A stretch of 64,000 nt of DNA from an uncultured Aminicenantes bacterium (GCA_965195285.1 CBDAFS010000049.1:18452-82451); one strand, 5' to 3'. Shown: positions 1 to 10,375, numbered from the stretch's first letter. A program made the numbers and translations. Notes: generated by a model from the sequence alone, not told the origin.

Positions 1-766
1 CAGATCTTTTCACATTGGTGGATATGCGAAGATCATCTTGAAAAATTGTTACCGTTCCAACATCTTTTCCTTTATGTCTTTCTCCTCTATAAACGATATC
101 TTTTACTTTATCAACAATCTCAAAGTTTTTATTAATCAGTTTTCCCCCATATAAGATACCGATCAATTCATTTTTATATCCAAAAATTGGCGCTGCTGCT
201 TCAATGATCATGCCTGAAGTTTCTTCAACGGTTGACCTTGATCTTGCTTTCGGAGTCGGAATTAATCTGATTTTTGCCTGTTGAGCAAGTGTATAACTTT
301 CTTTTTCTAAATTTTCTCCAGTGATTATTTGAGTGGATACAACATCCTTTTTATTTGTCAAGACGTATTTTACTATACTATCACCAATATATTTTTCCTG
401 GTTTGATGGAAACCTGGATCGCAAAAGAATATGTCCATTTTTATCAAATAAAGTAAGTATATCCAATGCTTCATTTTTTCTGATTTCGTGCAATTCTTTT
501 TTTAATCTTTGCCACTTATTTTTTAGAATTGAATCCTTTAAAAAAAATCTTAATGCTGTTAGCCGGACACTGTTTTTTATTGTAGTACATTCTGTTTGAT
601 ATATTTCCCTGGCAGAATTAAGGTCAAGTCTTACCTTATCCTGGGCTTGTTTGACTATGGTATTTCCGATTAATTTTATCCCTGTTATTACAGATAAGGA
701 AATACCGATTAATATAATTGTAGAGAAACTGAAAATGAGTTTGGTCCTGAGAGAGAAATTGTTCAT
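1..766 (-). CDS. Partial (runs off window) membrane sensor protein, probably a Cache-domain histidine kinase N-terminus
   Basis: Read manually from ATG at 766: MNNFSLRTKLIFSFSTIILIGISLSVITGIKLIGNTIVKQAQDKVRLDLNSAREIY... N-terminal TM helix followed by a periplasmic domain. Not in the ORF track because it lacks a stop in the window. Confidence 0.6.
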   Translation of the reverse strand, partial: MNNFSLRTKLIFSFSTIILIGISLSVITGIKLIGNTIVKQAQDKVRLDLNSAREIYQTECTTIKNSVRLTALRFFLKDSILKNKWQRLKKELHEIRKNEALDILTLFDKNGHILLRSRFPSNQEKYIGDSIVKYVLTNKKDVVSTQIITGENLEKESYTLAQQAKIRLIPTPKARSRSTVEETSGMIIEAAAPIFGYKNELIGILYGGKLINKNFEIVDKVKDIVYRGERHKGKDVGTVTIFQDDLRISTNVKRS

Positions 767-783
767 TTATCCCCGAATAGAAT

Positions 784-1827
784 TTATTCTAGAAAACAAT
801 CAATTTTCAGGTTTTCATTGATGAGTTGAGTTAGTATGTTAATTTTTTCCTGGCTGTTTTCTGTTAGTAAAGCCTCTATTCTATCTGTTTGTTTGGCTAT
901 TTCAAAGGTATCACTTTCAACCAATAAGAGAGGGATATCCTTGTCTGAGGCTTGAGAAATTATGTTTGAAGGAGGAACAATGTTATTGGTTAAGATGATC
1001 CCAGCTGTATCACTGTCAATGGCAGCCAGAATCATATCGTTGCGATCCCCGCTGGTGATCAGCAATTTTTGGGTTTGATTGAACTGGGGATTCCTTAAGG
1101 CACTACTGGTTGACATGGCTCCCACAAAGATCTTTTTGATAATATTTTCCAGGCCGTTTTCTCCGGCTATGACCTTGGCGGCCATTTTTTTTGAAAGATA
1201 ACTGACTGAAAAATAAGTGAGCTGTTCCCGGTAGGGGATGATGCCCAGCACCTTGACGCCCAAATCGGTGATCATGGGCAGAAAGAAATCCGAAAAATTA
1301 TTTACATCCCGGACTTTGTTTAGGATGACCCCGCCCAAATTGATATCATTCCAATCGAGGTATTTTTTTAAATAGACGATATCGTCCATGATGGTCTCGT
1401 TATCGCCGCTGATGACAAAAACCATCTGGGCTTCCAGATCCCTGGCCATGGATATGGAGTCCAGGTGAATCGATGTTCCGTAAGCCAGATGTTTACCGCC
1501 TTCGATGATCAATGCCTGTTTACCGGCTCCTGAAATTTCTGCCATTTGCAGCAGTTTCTCCTTTACGGTTTCCCGGGTGTAAACGTACCTCAATTTTGAA
1601 TGATTGAATCCAAGGGTGATATCCTCGGATTCGATCTCGGCATCCAACTTCCATAGGTTTTTTATCAGAAAACAATCATAATCCCAATTCTTTTTCCTGC
1701 GGTATACCAGCCGGTCACCGAATGGTTTCATAAACCCGAGATTCATCTTAAATGCCGAAGCCATTCCCACGATCAAGCTGGTTTTACCGGCGCCCTCGCG
1801 GGTTGATGCCATTAATATTTTTTTCAT
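784..1827 (-). CDS. Phosphotransacetylase N-terminal-like protein (BioD-like P-loop + DRTGG domain)
   Basis: N-terminal STREGAGKT P-loop, MKPFG, IIEGG, and ITSGDRND (DRTGG-like). No PTA catalytic domain. Confidence 0.8.
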   Translation of the reverse strand: MKKILMASTREGAGKTSLIVGMASAFKMNLGFMKPFGDRLVYRRKKNWDYDCFLIKNLWKLDAEIESEDITLGFNHSKLRYVYTRETVKEKLLQMAEISGAGKQALIIEGGKHLAYGTSIHLDSISMARDLEAQMVFVISGDNETIMDDIVYLKKYLDWNDINLGGVILNKVRDVNNFSDFFLPMITDLGVKVLGIIPYREQLTYFSVSYLSKKMAAKVIAGENGLENIIKKIFVGAMSTSSALRNPQFNQTQKLLITSGDRNDMILAAIDSDTAGIILTNNIVPPSNIISQASDKDIPLLLVESDTFEIAKQTDRIEALLTENSQEKINILTQLINENLKIDCFLE

Positions 1828-3959
1828 TAACTTTCCTCCTCTGGCTTTCTGATGAGTATCCGGACATCCAAAGCCCTCAGTCCTTTATCCTTTTCGTAAA
1901 TCACAATCGGATTTATTTCGATATCGGTTATTTGATTGCATTTGCTAATGATGGAACCGACCTTGATGATGGTGTCAACCACTCCCTCGATGTCTCTTTT
2001 TTTCTCACCCCGGACCCCCATGAGAACCGGAAAGGATCGTATTTCCTTCATCATTTTTAAAACCTCTTTCCGGTTGACCGGAAGTCCTCGAAATACGACA
2101 TCTTTGATGACTTCAACATATATTCCACCCATTCCGCACATGACTATGGGACCGAAGGATCGGTCCATCCGGGCACCCACGATCAATTCAATGTCTTTTT
2201 CGACCATTTCGGAGATTTCGATTCCATCGATGGAGGCGTTGGGATTGTAATTCTGGGAATTCTGGAGAATGGCTTCATAAGCATCAATAACTTCATTTTT
2301 ATTAAGCAGATCCAGTAAAACTCCTCCGGCATCGCTCTTATGAAGAATATCCCGGGAGACCACTTTCATGACCACTGGATATCCGATGGACTCGGCATAC
2401 TGTACCGCCTGATCAATGTTTTTGGCAATCCTGCTTTTGGGCATCTGAATACCCGCGGCTTCCATAATCCCGGCGCTTTCATGGGATAATAAAAATGATC
2501 GTTGTTCGTCCAGAGCCGGGCCGATGATCCGGTTGATTCTGTCCACATCGATGTGGGCGGTATCGACAGTATCCGATTTTTCCCTTAAATATTGCTGGTA
2601 TTGAAATGCTATACCCAGGGATGAAACCGCATCATACACTTCACCGTAAACCGGTACGTTTTTTTTTCTTAAGGTGGAAATGGCCTTTTCAACATCTTCG
2701 CCACCGACAAAAGCGTAACTGATGGGCTTTCCGGCTGACTTGTGGGCCTCGAAGGTCTGAGTGATCATGGGGACCAGGTTTTCGGAGTCAAAGGTTGACG
2801 TTTCACAGTATAATGCGATGGTGGCATCCATATTTTTGCTGTTAACCGGTGCGGTGAGTGCCTGCTGGTAGTGATCGGAGTTGGCGCCTCCGGTGATGTC
2901 AATGGGATTTTTAGTTGAACCGAAACTGGGAACTTCTGAACCGAACACCTGCTTCAGAACGGTCTGATCATCATAGAGGTCGATACCGTATTTTTCAGAT
3001 GTGTCGGTTGCCAGGACGCCAACCCCGCCTCCGTTGGTGATGATAACCGTCTGATTCCCCCTGGGTCTGGGCGAAAAGGCCAGGAATTTGGCCCAGTTAA
3101 AGGCCTGGTTCAGGGTTTCGGCCCGGATGACTCCGCATTGTTTCATGATGGCATCGAAAATTTCATCAGATCCGGCCAAAGAACCGGTGTGGGATGCCGC
3201 AGCCATGGCGCCCCGTTTGGAGCGGCCGGATTTAATGACAATAATGGGTTTTTTTTCCGTAGCCCATTTTAGGGTCTCGATCAATTTCCGGCCATTTTTG
3301 ACTCCCTCGATATACATCAATATTACCCGGGTTTCTTTTTGGGGGATAAGGTATTTCAGGAGATCAGTTTCGTCGATATCACATTTGTTTCCGGTGGATA
3401 CGATGGCAGACAGGCCGATATTATCCACCGCGGTTTTTCCGATCATGGCCACGCCCAAGGCACCACTCTGGGTCAATATAGCTACATGGCCGGGCATGAT
3501 TCGGGTCGCGGAAAAAGTCGCATTCATGGAACAGGCCGCTGAATACAATCCGAAGATATTGGGGCCGAGAATTCTGATTCCCTGGCTTCTGGCGATTTCT
3601 ACGATTTTTTTTTCCGCTTCGATATTCCCGACTTCTGAAAAACCGGAAGTGATAATTTGAATATGCCTGACTGCATGCCGGGCACATTTTTCAACACTCT
3701 CAATGACGAATTTGGCGGGTACGGTAATGGTTACCAGGTCGACTCTATCCTCTATGTCGGCAATATCCGGGTAGACTTTACAGCCCAGAATTTCTCCGCC
3801 CCTGGGGTTGACCGGGTAGATCTTTCCCGTGTAACCTCCGGAAATGAGGTTGTCGATGATGGTATGACCGATCTTGCCTTTGGTACCGGAAGCACCGATA
3901 ACAGCCACATTCCGGGGTTCAAAGAGATATCGGATGGAATGGTCATCCCCGTTTTTCAT
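1827..3959 (-). CDS. acdAB: Acetate/acyl-CoA ligase (ADP-forming), fused alpha/beta
   Basis: CoA-binding VAVIGAS...KIG, LGPN, SQSGA-like TQSGALG, catalytic ASHTGSLAG, KNPIDITG, and C-terminal ATP-grasp (GYPVVMK, HKSDAGGV, EINP). Confidence 0.85.
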   Translation of the reverse strand: MKNGDDHSIRYLFEPRNVAVIGASGTKGKIGHTIIDNLISGGYTGKIYPVNPRGGEILGCKVYPDIADIEDRVDLVTITVPAKFVIESVEKCARHAVRHIQIITSGFSEVGNIEAEKKIVEIARSQGIRILGPNIFGLYSAACSMNATFSATRIMPGHVAILTQSGALGVAMIGKTAVDNIGLSAIVSTGNKCDIDETDLLKYLIPQKETRVILMYIEGVKNGRKLIETLKWATEKKPIIVIKSGRSKRGAMAAASHTGSLAGSDEIFDAIMKQCGVIRAETLNQAFNWAKFLAFSPRPRGNQTVIITNGGGVGVLATDTSEKYGIDLYDDQTVLKQVFGSEVPSFGSTKNPIDITGGANSDHYQQALTAPVNSKNMDATIALYCETSTFDSENLVPMITQTFEAHKSAGKPISYAFVGGEDVEKAISTLRKKNVPVYGEVYDAVSSLGIAFQYQQYLREKSDTVDTAHIDVDRINRIIGPALDEQRSFLLSHESAGIMEAAGIQMPKSRIAKNIDQAVQYAESIGYPVVMKVVSRDILHKSDAGGVLLDLLNKNEVIDAYEAILQNSQNYNPNASIDGIEISEMVEKDIELIVGARMDRSFGPIVMCGMGGIYVEVIKDVVFRGLPVNRKEVLKMMKEIRSFPVLMGVRGEKKRDIEGVVDTIIKVGSIISKCNQITDIEINPIVIYEKDKGLRALDVRILIRKPEEES

Positions 3960-5832
3960 TGCTTTCTCTAAAGTTCATGACCAGTGAATAAGAGCCGCTT
4001 TCAATGATCTTGTGCATGTCGAATCCCATTTTTTCGAAGACACTCAACATCGGTTTGTTTTCAAGGAGCACTTCGGCCGTGAATCCCAGAAGTCCATCAT
4101 TTTTGGCCAGCTGGGTGAGATAGGTCAGCAGTACGGTCCCCACTCCGCGGTGCTGGAAGTCTTCGCGTACGGTGAAAGCCACCTCGGCGGTATGGGTATT
4201 TTCATCTTTAATAAACTGGCCCATGCCAATGGCGATTTCTTTATGGTTTTGTTCAATGGTGGCCAGGATAATCATTTCCTCAGAATAGTCAATGATCACG
4301 AATTCCTGCCTCATTTTATGGGGAACATCTTTTCTCATGGACATGAATCGCCTCTCCAGGCTCTGATCTGAAAGGGAGTAAAAAAGATCCTTTATCAGGG
4401 GTTCATCGTTGATTCTCACCGGCCTCATCAATATGGGCAGGCCTGACCGGGTGGTCCGGTAAGTTTCCAGGTGTTCGGGATACTCTCCCTGCTTGCCGGG
4501 AATGAATGCCTGGTCCTTATAAATCAGGTTTATTTTTTTTGCTTCCTCAATTAGCCAGAGCCTGAATTTGGGGTGGGCAATGGAAATGATATCCATGGCC
4601 CGCTCCCGGATATTTTTACCGTGAATATAGGCAATGCCGTATTCGGTGACAATGTAATGGATGTCGCCCCGGTTTAAGGTCACACCGGTTCCTTTATCCA
4701 GAAAGGGAACAATTCGGGAGACGTCACCGTTTTTGGCTGTTGTCTGAAGCAACAGTATGGTTTTCCCTCCCGGGGCCAGAACCGAGCCCCTCATGAAGTC
4801 AGCGCTTCCTCCGATACCGCTGTAAAAGGTGTTGCCGATTGATTCGGCAGTTGCCTGACCGGTCAGGTCTATCTGAAGCGCCGAATTGATTGCGGTAATA
4901 TTATTGATTCGGGAAATAACCAGGGGATTATTGGTATAATCAATGGTTCTGAATTCGAATAGAGGGTTGTCATCAATGTATTTGTAGGTTTTCTCAGTCC
5001 CCATACAAAAGGAGGCTATCGTTTTACCCTTGTTCAAATTCTTTTTGGAATTGTCAATAACTCCGGCCTGAATCAATTCAACGATTGAATCGGTGAGCAG
5101 TTCGGTATGGATACCGATATGATTTTTATTTTTCAGACAGTTTAACACCGCATTTGGCACGCTTCCGTAACCCAGTTGAATGGTATCACCGTCCTTGATG
5201 ATTTGGGTGACATGCTTCCCGATGTCCCGGGCAATTTTATCGGGGATAGTGGGTGAAAACTCCAGCAGTTTTTCATCATGGTTGACAATGAAATCGATAT
5301 TTTTTATATCAATGAAGCTGTTGCCATGGGTGCGGGGCATATGGGAATTGGTCTGGGCGATGATTATCGAGGCATTTTCAACGGCAGTCATGGTGATATC
5401 CACACTGATTCCCAGACTAACTTGACCGTTTTTATCAGGTACCGACGTTTGAATGAGGGCAACGTCAATCGGGATTCTTTTGCTGTTCAGCAGGCTGGGT
5501 ACCTGGGAGAGAAAAATCGGGGTGTAATCAGCAAGTCCGGAATTGACCGAATTGCGGGTGTTATCGCCCACAAAAAAAGAGTTATGCCGGAAATTGTAGG
5601 TAAAACTTTCATCGGCATAGGGGGCAACTCCCAGGGTCCAGATATGAAACACCTCGGCATCGGCAAAGGCCTTGGGGTAATTTCTTACATATTTGATCAA
5701 GGCATTGGTAAGATATTGAGGCTGCCCGCATGCAGTACTTATAAATATCCGATCTCCCCGGTGAATATTGCTGAATATTTTTTCTTCCGGTGCAAATTTT
5801 TCCGGGTATTTTTGTTTCCACTTATCAATCAT
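3943..5832 (-). CDS. Acetyl-CoA hydrolase/CoA-transferase fused to a C-terminal GNAT acetyltransferase
   Basis: DGDTIQLGYG, GIHTE, NSALQIDLTGQ and SGIGGSADF motifs. C-terminal AEVAFTV...FQHRGVGT...ENKPMLSVFEKMGF GNAT motifs. Confidence 0.85.
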   Translation of the reverse strand: MIDKWKQKYPEKFAPEEKIFSNIHRGDRIFISTACGQPQYLTNALIKYVRNYPKAFADAEVFHIWTLGVAPYADESFTYNFRHNSFFVGDNTRNSVNSGLADYTPIFLSQVPSLLNSKRIPIDVALIQTSVPDKNGQVSLGISVDITMTAVENASIIIAQTNSHMPRTHGNSFIDIKNIDFIVNHDEKLLEFSPTIPDKIARDIGKHVTQIIKDGDTIQLGYGSVPNAVLNCLKNKNHIGIHTELLTDSIVELIQAGVIDNSKKNLNKGKTIASFCMGTEKTYKYIDDNPLFEFRTIDYTNNPLVISRINNITAINSALQIDLTGQATAESIGNTFYSGIGGSADFMRGSVLAPGGKTILLLQTTAKNGDVSRIVPFLDKGTGVTLNRGDIHYIVTEYGIAYIHGKNIRERAMDIISIAHPKFRLWLIEEAKKINLIYKDQAFIPGKQGEYPEHLETYRTTRSGLPILMRPVRINDEPLIKDLFYSLSDQSLERRFMSMRKDVPHKMRQEFVIIDYSEEMIILATIEQNHKEIAIGMGQFIKDENTHTAEVAFTVREDFQHRGVGTVLLTYLTQLAKNDGLLGFTAEVLLENKPMLSVFEKMGFDMHKIIESGSYSLVMNFRESNEKRG

Positions 5833-5913
5833 ATTTTTTCGGGTGATAAGGCATCTTTATTGTTTAAGCCGGCCAATGGTTTGATTCCGTTTTTATTTAA
5901 TTTAAAAGTACTT

Positions 5914-6126
5914 TTAAAAATAACCGAGGTTTTGTAGCCTTTTTTTTATCGCCTCTGTTTCTTCTTTGCTTAGTTCTTCTTTTGAACTTATATCCATTGA
6001 AACCAGGTCTCTTAAAATGTAAACGATGAATTCATTAACACTACTAAATCCGCTTTCATTGATCACTTTTTTCAAACGGTTGTACAGAGGTCTTGGAATT
6101 TTCAGGGTGACTTTATCTTTTGACAT
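5914..6126 (-). CDS. CopG/ribbon-helix-helix small DNA-binding protein with C-terminal RLxxLGY tail
   Basis: KVTLKIPRPLY beta-ribbon, GFSSVNEFIVYILRD helices, ends KKRLQNLGYF. Confidence 0.75.
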   Translation of the reverse strand: MSKDKVTLKIPRPLYNRLKKVINESGFSSVNEFIVYILRDLVSMDISSKEELSKEETEAIKKRLQNLGYF

Positions 6127-6209
6127 TCATTCAAATTTTACTCCTTATGGGTGTTAAAGTCAATTTTCTGACACGGTCTTGGTTAAAGAATATGAATTGA
6201 TGAGATGTT

Positions 6210-7313
6210 TTATTCAAGATATCCAAGCTGACTCAGTTTTTGTCTTATGTTTTCAGACCCTTCCGGAGCATTGAAAATTTTGGTTTTTAAAAAGCCCACA
6301 TAAACTCTCTGTCCTTTGGTAATTTTTTTATCTTGAAACCTGTTTTTTTCTTCATAGGCCTTTATTTTTAGATTCCCCACCATAATATGAATTTCATATA
6401 CACTTCCCTGGTAATAGATTTCCTGTACATCTCCCTGGAGAGGGCATTTCCTTTCTTTCCTTGGAGAAAGCAGAATGTCCTCTGGCCTGGCCAGAAGCAC
6501 TATAGATCCTTTCCGGACAGGAGGAGTTGCCTGAACATTCAGTTCCCCCCCCGTTTTTTCAATAATTATTTTATTGTTTTCGTACCTGCCAACAATAACA
6601 TTGGTATTCCCGATAAAGCTGGCCACAAATTTGCTTTTCGGGTATTCGTAGACTTCTTTTGCAGTTCCGATCTGTTCAACTTTTCCCCGGTTGATGGCCA
6701 CTATTTTGTCAGCAATTTTGATGGCTTCATTCTGATCATGTGTGACAAATATACTGGTAACCTTGATTTTATTGTGAAGATTGCGTATCCAATTGGCCAG
6801 GTTGTCTCTGACTTTGGCATCCAGGGAACCAAAAGGTTCGTCAAGCAACATGATTTTCGGTTCCGGAGCCAAGGCTCGGGCAAGCGCAACCCTCTGGCGC
6901 TGTCCACCCGAGAGTTGAGAGGGGAAATGATTTTCATAACCTTTCAGGTTGACCAGGTTAATGAGATCTTTTACTTTTTGTTTTATGATAAATTTGTCCT
7001 TTTTTAAAATTTCAAGTCCAAAGGCAATATTTTTTTCTACTGTCATATGCTTGAAAAGCGCATAATGTTGAAATACGAAACCCACCTGTCGTTTTCGACT
7101 GGATATATCGGTTACATCTTTACCGAGAAGATATGTTTCTCCTTTATCCGGTTTTTCCAGACCGGCAATTATTCTGAGTATGGTACTCTTTCCTGAACCA
7201 CTGGGGCCCAGCAGGGCAACCAGTTCGCCCTCCTTAGCTTGGAAACTGACGTTATCTACCGCGACAAAATTTCCGAATCGTTTACAAAGTTCATGAACCC
7301 TGATGCTGACCAT
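6210..7313 (-). CDS. cysA: Sulfate/thiosulfate ABC transporter ATP-binding subunit
   Basis: Walker A GPSGSGKS, FQHYALFKHMTV, LSGGQRQR, LLDEPF, C-terminal TOBE-like region. Follows cysT-cysW. Confidence 0.85.
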   Translation of the reverse strand: MVSIRVHELCKRFGNFVAVDNVSFQAKEGELVALLGPSGSGKSTILRIIAGLEKPDKGETYLLGKDVTDISSRKRQVGFVFQHYALFKHMTVEKNIAFGLEILKKDKFIIKQKVKDLINLVNLKGYENHFPSQLSGGQRQRVALARALAPEPKIMLLDEPFGSLDAKVRDNLANWIRNLHNKIKVTSIFVTHDQNEAIKIADKIVAINRGKVEQIGTAKEVYEYPKSKFVASFIGNTNVIVGRYENNKIIIEKTGGELNVQATPPVRKGSIVLLARPEDILLSPRKERKCPLQGDVQEIYYQGSVYEIHIMVGNLKIKAYEEKNRFQDKKITKGQRVYVGFLKTKIFNAPEGSENIRQKLSQLGYLE

Positions 7314-7314
7314 G

Positions 7315-8154
7315 TTAACCTTCTTTTTCTTTATAAATAAATTGAATGATATGGATTACCAAGACAGAAATGAAAATGAGGACCAGGGAAGCGGAAAAAG
7401 CGCCGAGATAGTTTAAATCCGTGAATTGATCATGGATATACAGGGTGGCGCTCTGGGTTTTTTTTAAAATATTGCCACTCACCACCAGCACGGCACCGAA
7501 TTCTCCGATAGAACGGGCAATGGTGAGGGTTAAACCGTAACCGAGCCCCCACTTTATGGTTGGCAGGGTGATTCTCCGGAAGATTTGCCAGCTGCTGGCA
7601 CCCAGGACCCTTGCCGCTTCTTCCTGTTCTGTTCCGAATTGGCGAAGGATAGGAATGATCTCTTTTGAAACAAAGGGCAGGGTTACAAAAAGGGTAGCGA
7701 TAATCATACCCGGAAGGGCATAGGTAATTTTAATATTCAAATGGGTAAAAAATTTGCCCAGCCATCCATGGGGTCCGAATAAAATAATGAGCATGAATCC
7801 GACGACAACCGGCGAAATCGCAAAGGGAAGATCAAGTAAACTTTCCAGAATCAACTTGCCCTTGAACTTCTGTCGGGTTAGTACCTGAGCCATAATAATT
7901 CCGAAGATGGTGTTGATAATGGCTACAATTATACAAATAAAAACGGTTAAGGTGAAAGCATGGATGGCAGTGGATGTGGTTAGCGAGGCAATTGCTTGTT
8001 TCCAGTTTTTAGATATGATTTGTTTAATGATTCCAAAAAAAGGGACCAAGATCAAACAGAAAAACCAGATGACAACTGCTGATATTAATAATGTTTCCGG
8101 CAAGCGATATTTCCCCTTTCTCCTTCTGGTTCGATTAAATTGAGTGTTATTCAT
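7315..8154 (-). CDS. cysW: Sulfate ABC transporter permease CysW
   Basis: DLPFAISPVVVG, ATLFVTLPFV, EQEEAA, ARSIGEFGAVLVVSG. Confidence 0.88.
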   Translation of the reverse strand: MNNTQFNRTRRRKGKYRLPETLLISAVVIWFFCLILVPFFGIIKQIISKNWKQAIASLTTSTAIHAFTLTVFICIIVAIINTIFGIIMAQVLTRQKFKGKLILESLLDLPFAISPVVVGFMLIILFGPHGWLGKFFTHLNIKITYALPGMIIATLFVTLPFVSKEIIPILRQFGTEQEEAARVLGASSWQIFRRITLPTIKWGLGYGLTLTIARSIGEFGAVLVVSGNILKKTQSATLYIHDQFTDLNYLGAFSASLVLIFISVLVIHIIQFIYKEKEG

Positions 8155-8971
8155 ATTTTTTTTTCCATTTCTGGAGGAAATTTAATATAAATATGATGGA
8201 AAACGAGGAAAATAAAAGGATTAAGGAAATGCCCAACGCTCCCGGAATATTGCCGCTTTCAAATTCTCCGTAAATGTAAACGGATGCGACCTGGGTTTTC
8301 ATGGGAATATTTCCGGCAACAATGACAATGGATCCGAATTCACCGAGGGCACGACTGAATGAGAGTGCTGTTCCGGTTAACATAGCCGGTGATAATTCCG
8401 GGAGAATAATTTTTAAAAAAATGGATAAAGGTGATGCGCCGAGAGATTTGGCCGCTTCTTCCATATCTTTCTCCATGGCAATAATTACCGGTTGAACCGA
8501 CCGAACCACAAAGGGGAAGGTGACAAATAATAGGGCCAACATGATACCGGGTTTGTCAAATATTACATGAATTCCAAGGCGGGAAAAAAATTGACCGAGC
8601 ACACTCCGGGGACCGTAAATTGATACCAGCATGATCCCGGTTACCACGGTTGGGATGGCGAAGGGGAGATCAATCAATGTGTTCATGGTTTTTTTTAGCG
8701 GGAAATCATATCGTACCAGAACCCAGGCTGTGGCTGTTCCGGTTATGCAGTTTATGACGGCAATAATAAGGGATAAGAAAAAAGTTAATTTCAATGAATA
8801 TAAGGCTTGGGGCTGGAAAATATGGCTCCATAGACTGGAAAGATTGGTTTTAAAAACAATTGAAATTAAAGCCAATATGGGTAGTAAAATAATGATGCCT
8901 ATATAAAAGAGTGACAGGCTACGGAGATATAGGCCATTTTTTTTGAAACGATCGCCGATATGATTGCTCAT
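8147..8971 (-). CDS. cysT: Sulfate ABC transporter permease CysT (CysU)
   Basis: AWVLVRYDFP, DLPFAIPTVVTG, PFVVRSVQPV, RALGEFGS. Confidence 0.88.
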   Translation of the reverse strand: MSNHIGDRFKKNGLYLRSLSLFYIGIIILLPILALISIVFKTNLSSLWSHIFQPQALYSLKLTFFLSLIIAVINCITGTATAWVLVRYDFPLKKTMNTLIDLPFAIPTVVTGIMLVSIYGPRSVLGQFFSRLGIHVIFDKPGIMLALLFVTFPFVVRSVQPVIIAMEKDMEEAAKSLGASPLSIFLKIILPELSPAMLTGTALSFSRALGEFGSIVIVAGNIPMKTQVASVYIYGEFESGNIPGALGISLILLFSSFSIIFILNFLQKWKKKYE

Positions 8972-9159
8972 GTATAATTTGTTTTTTTAGTAAAGGCTAA
9001 AATCATACTCTAATTATAGTATATTTATGTTATTTTTTCAACCTGAATCAAATTTCTGAAAACAACACATTGGTCAGGTTATTTTTTTTATTACATTTTT
9101 TCGGTTGAAAAATATTCCATTTGTACTATAATTAGAGTATATTTTATAGTGGAGGTAAA

Positions 9160-10176
9160 ATGAAGCGAGTCATAATTCTTCTTTTCATTTTGTTTACAAT
9201 AGCAGTATCATTCATGAGGCCGACGGAAATCAAATTCAAAGGGCTGGCTCAGACCTGGTTTTATTACATAGAACAGAATTCAAGTGAAAATGATGTTTAT
9301 GGATTTACATTAAGGAGAGTTCGATTCAAACCATATGGTTCTTTTTCGAACTCTATCAATTGGACACTGCAGTTTGGATGGGATATGCAAGTCGCCAGAT
9401 TACTGGATGCCTATCTCGATTTTCAAATATTTAGAAACCTTCAGTTTAGAATCGGTCAATTCACTGTTCCCGGTTCAATATCCAGTTCTTTAACTTCTTC
9501 CGGAGAGCTTGATCTGATCGAAAGATGTGAAATCACTCTTAAATGGGGTAGAGACAGCGGGCTTTCCAGTTATCGGGCTGTTGGAGCTCAAATACACGGT
9601 AAGCTTATACAAAATAAACTTTACTACGCATTTATGATTGCAAATCCGAGAACCTATGGAATTTTTACTCCAAGTCTGAAAGAAACTGAATATATTAATG
9701 AAAATGATGGGAATGCTCTATGGGGAAGAATTCAGGCAACCCTCCTTGATGGATTAAAATGTGGCGCTTTTTTTGGAGTCGGCCAGGAAGGAACCAATGA
9801 AATAAAGAGAAGTTCTTATGGCGTTCACCTGTTTTTTGTCAAAAACGGAATTAATTTGAAAATGGAATATATCTACGGTCAAGTCATTGAAAGTGAGCAA
9901 AAAAAAATCTACAAAGGGTTATATCTTCTTTTGGGATACCGAATAAATAAATTTGAACCCATTATAAGATATAATTTTTATGTTCCGAATCAAGGAGATA
10001 TGGATGATTACGGAGTGAAAAAATATAAGGCCTTTACCATGGGTTTCAACTATTTTCATAATAAAAATATCAAGGGGCAGGTAAATTATGTGATAAGGAA
10101 TGGATCCATGGCTGAGGGATTCGATGAATCGATAAAAAGCAATATTTTTTACATTAACCTTCAATTTTCTTTTTGA
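9160..10176 (+). CDS. Outer-membrane porin, OprO/OprP (phosphate-selective porin)-like
   Basis: Signal peptide, FTLRRVR and LLDAYLD...RIGQF motifs, amphipathic beta strands, terminal aromatic (LQFSF). SD ggaggt upstream. Confidence 0.65.
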   Translation: MKRVIILLFILFTIAVSFMRPTEIKFKGLAQTWFYYIEQNSSENDVYGFTLRRVRFKPYGSFSNSINWTLQFGWDMQVARLLDAYLDFQIFRNLQFRIGQFTVPGSISSSLTSSGELDLIERCEITLKWGRDSGLSSYRAVGAQIHGKLIQNKLYYAFMIANPRTYGIFTPSLKETEYINENDGNALWGRIQATLLDGLKCGAFFGVGQEGTNEIKRSSYGVHLFFVKNGINLKMEYIYGQVIESEQKKIYKGLYLLLGYRINKFEPIIRYNFYVPNQGDMDDYGVKKYKAFTMGFNYFHNKNIKGQVNYVIRNGSMAEGFDESIKSNIFYINLQFSF

Positions 10177-10375
10177 TTCCGAACTCCGAATGAATTTTGA
10201 TGGAACCACTCTTACACGAGATTCAATTATTGATATTTTTTTAAAATATTTTGTTGAATGGTTGATTTTTTTTTCTGAATAAATTATATACATATAGTGT
10301 TGTATACAATTGTTTTAAATGTTTGGAATTAGAGTAAATAGATATGAGCTTGCACATAAAAACTCAGGAGGTAAA

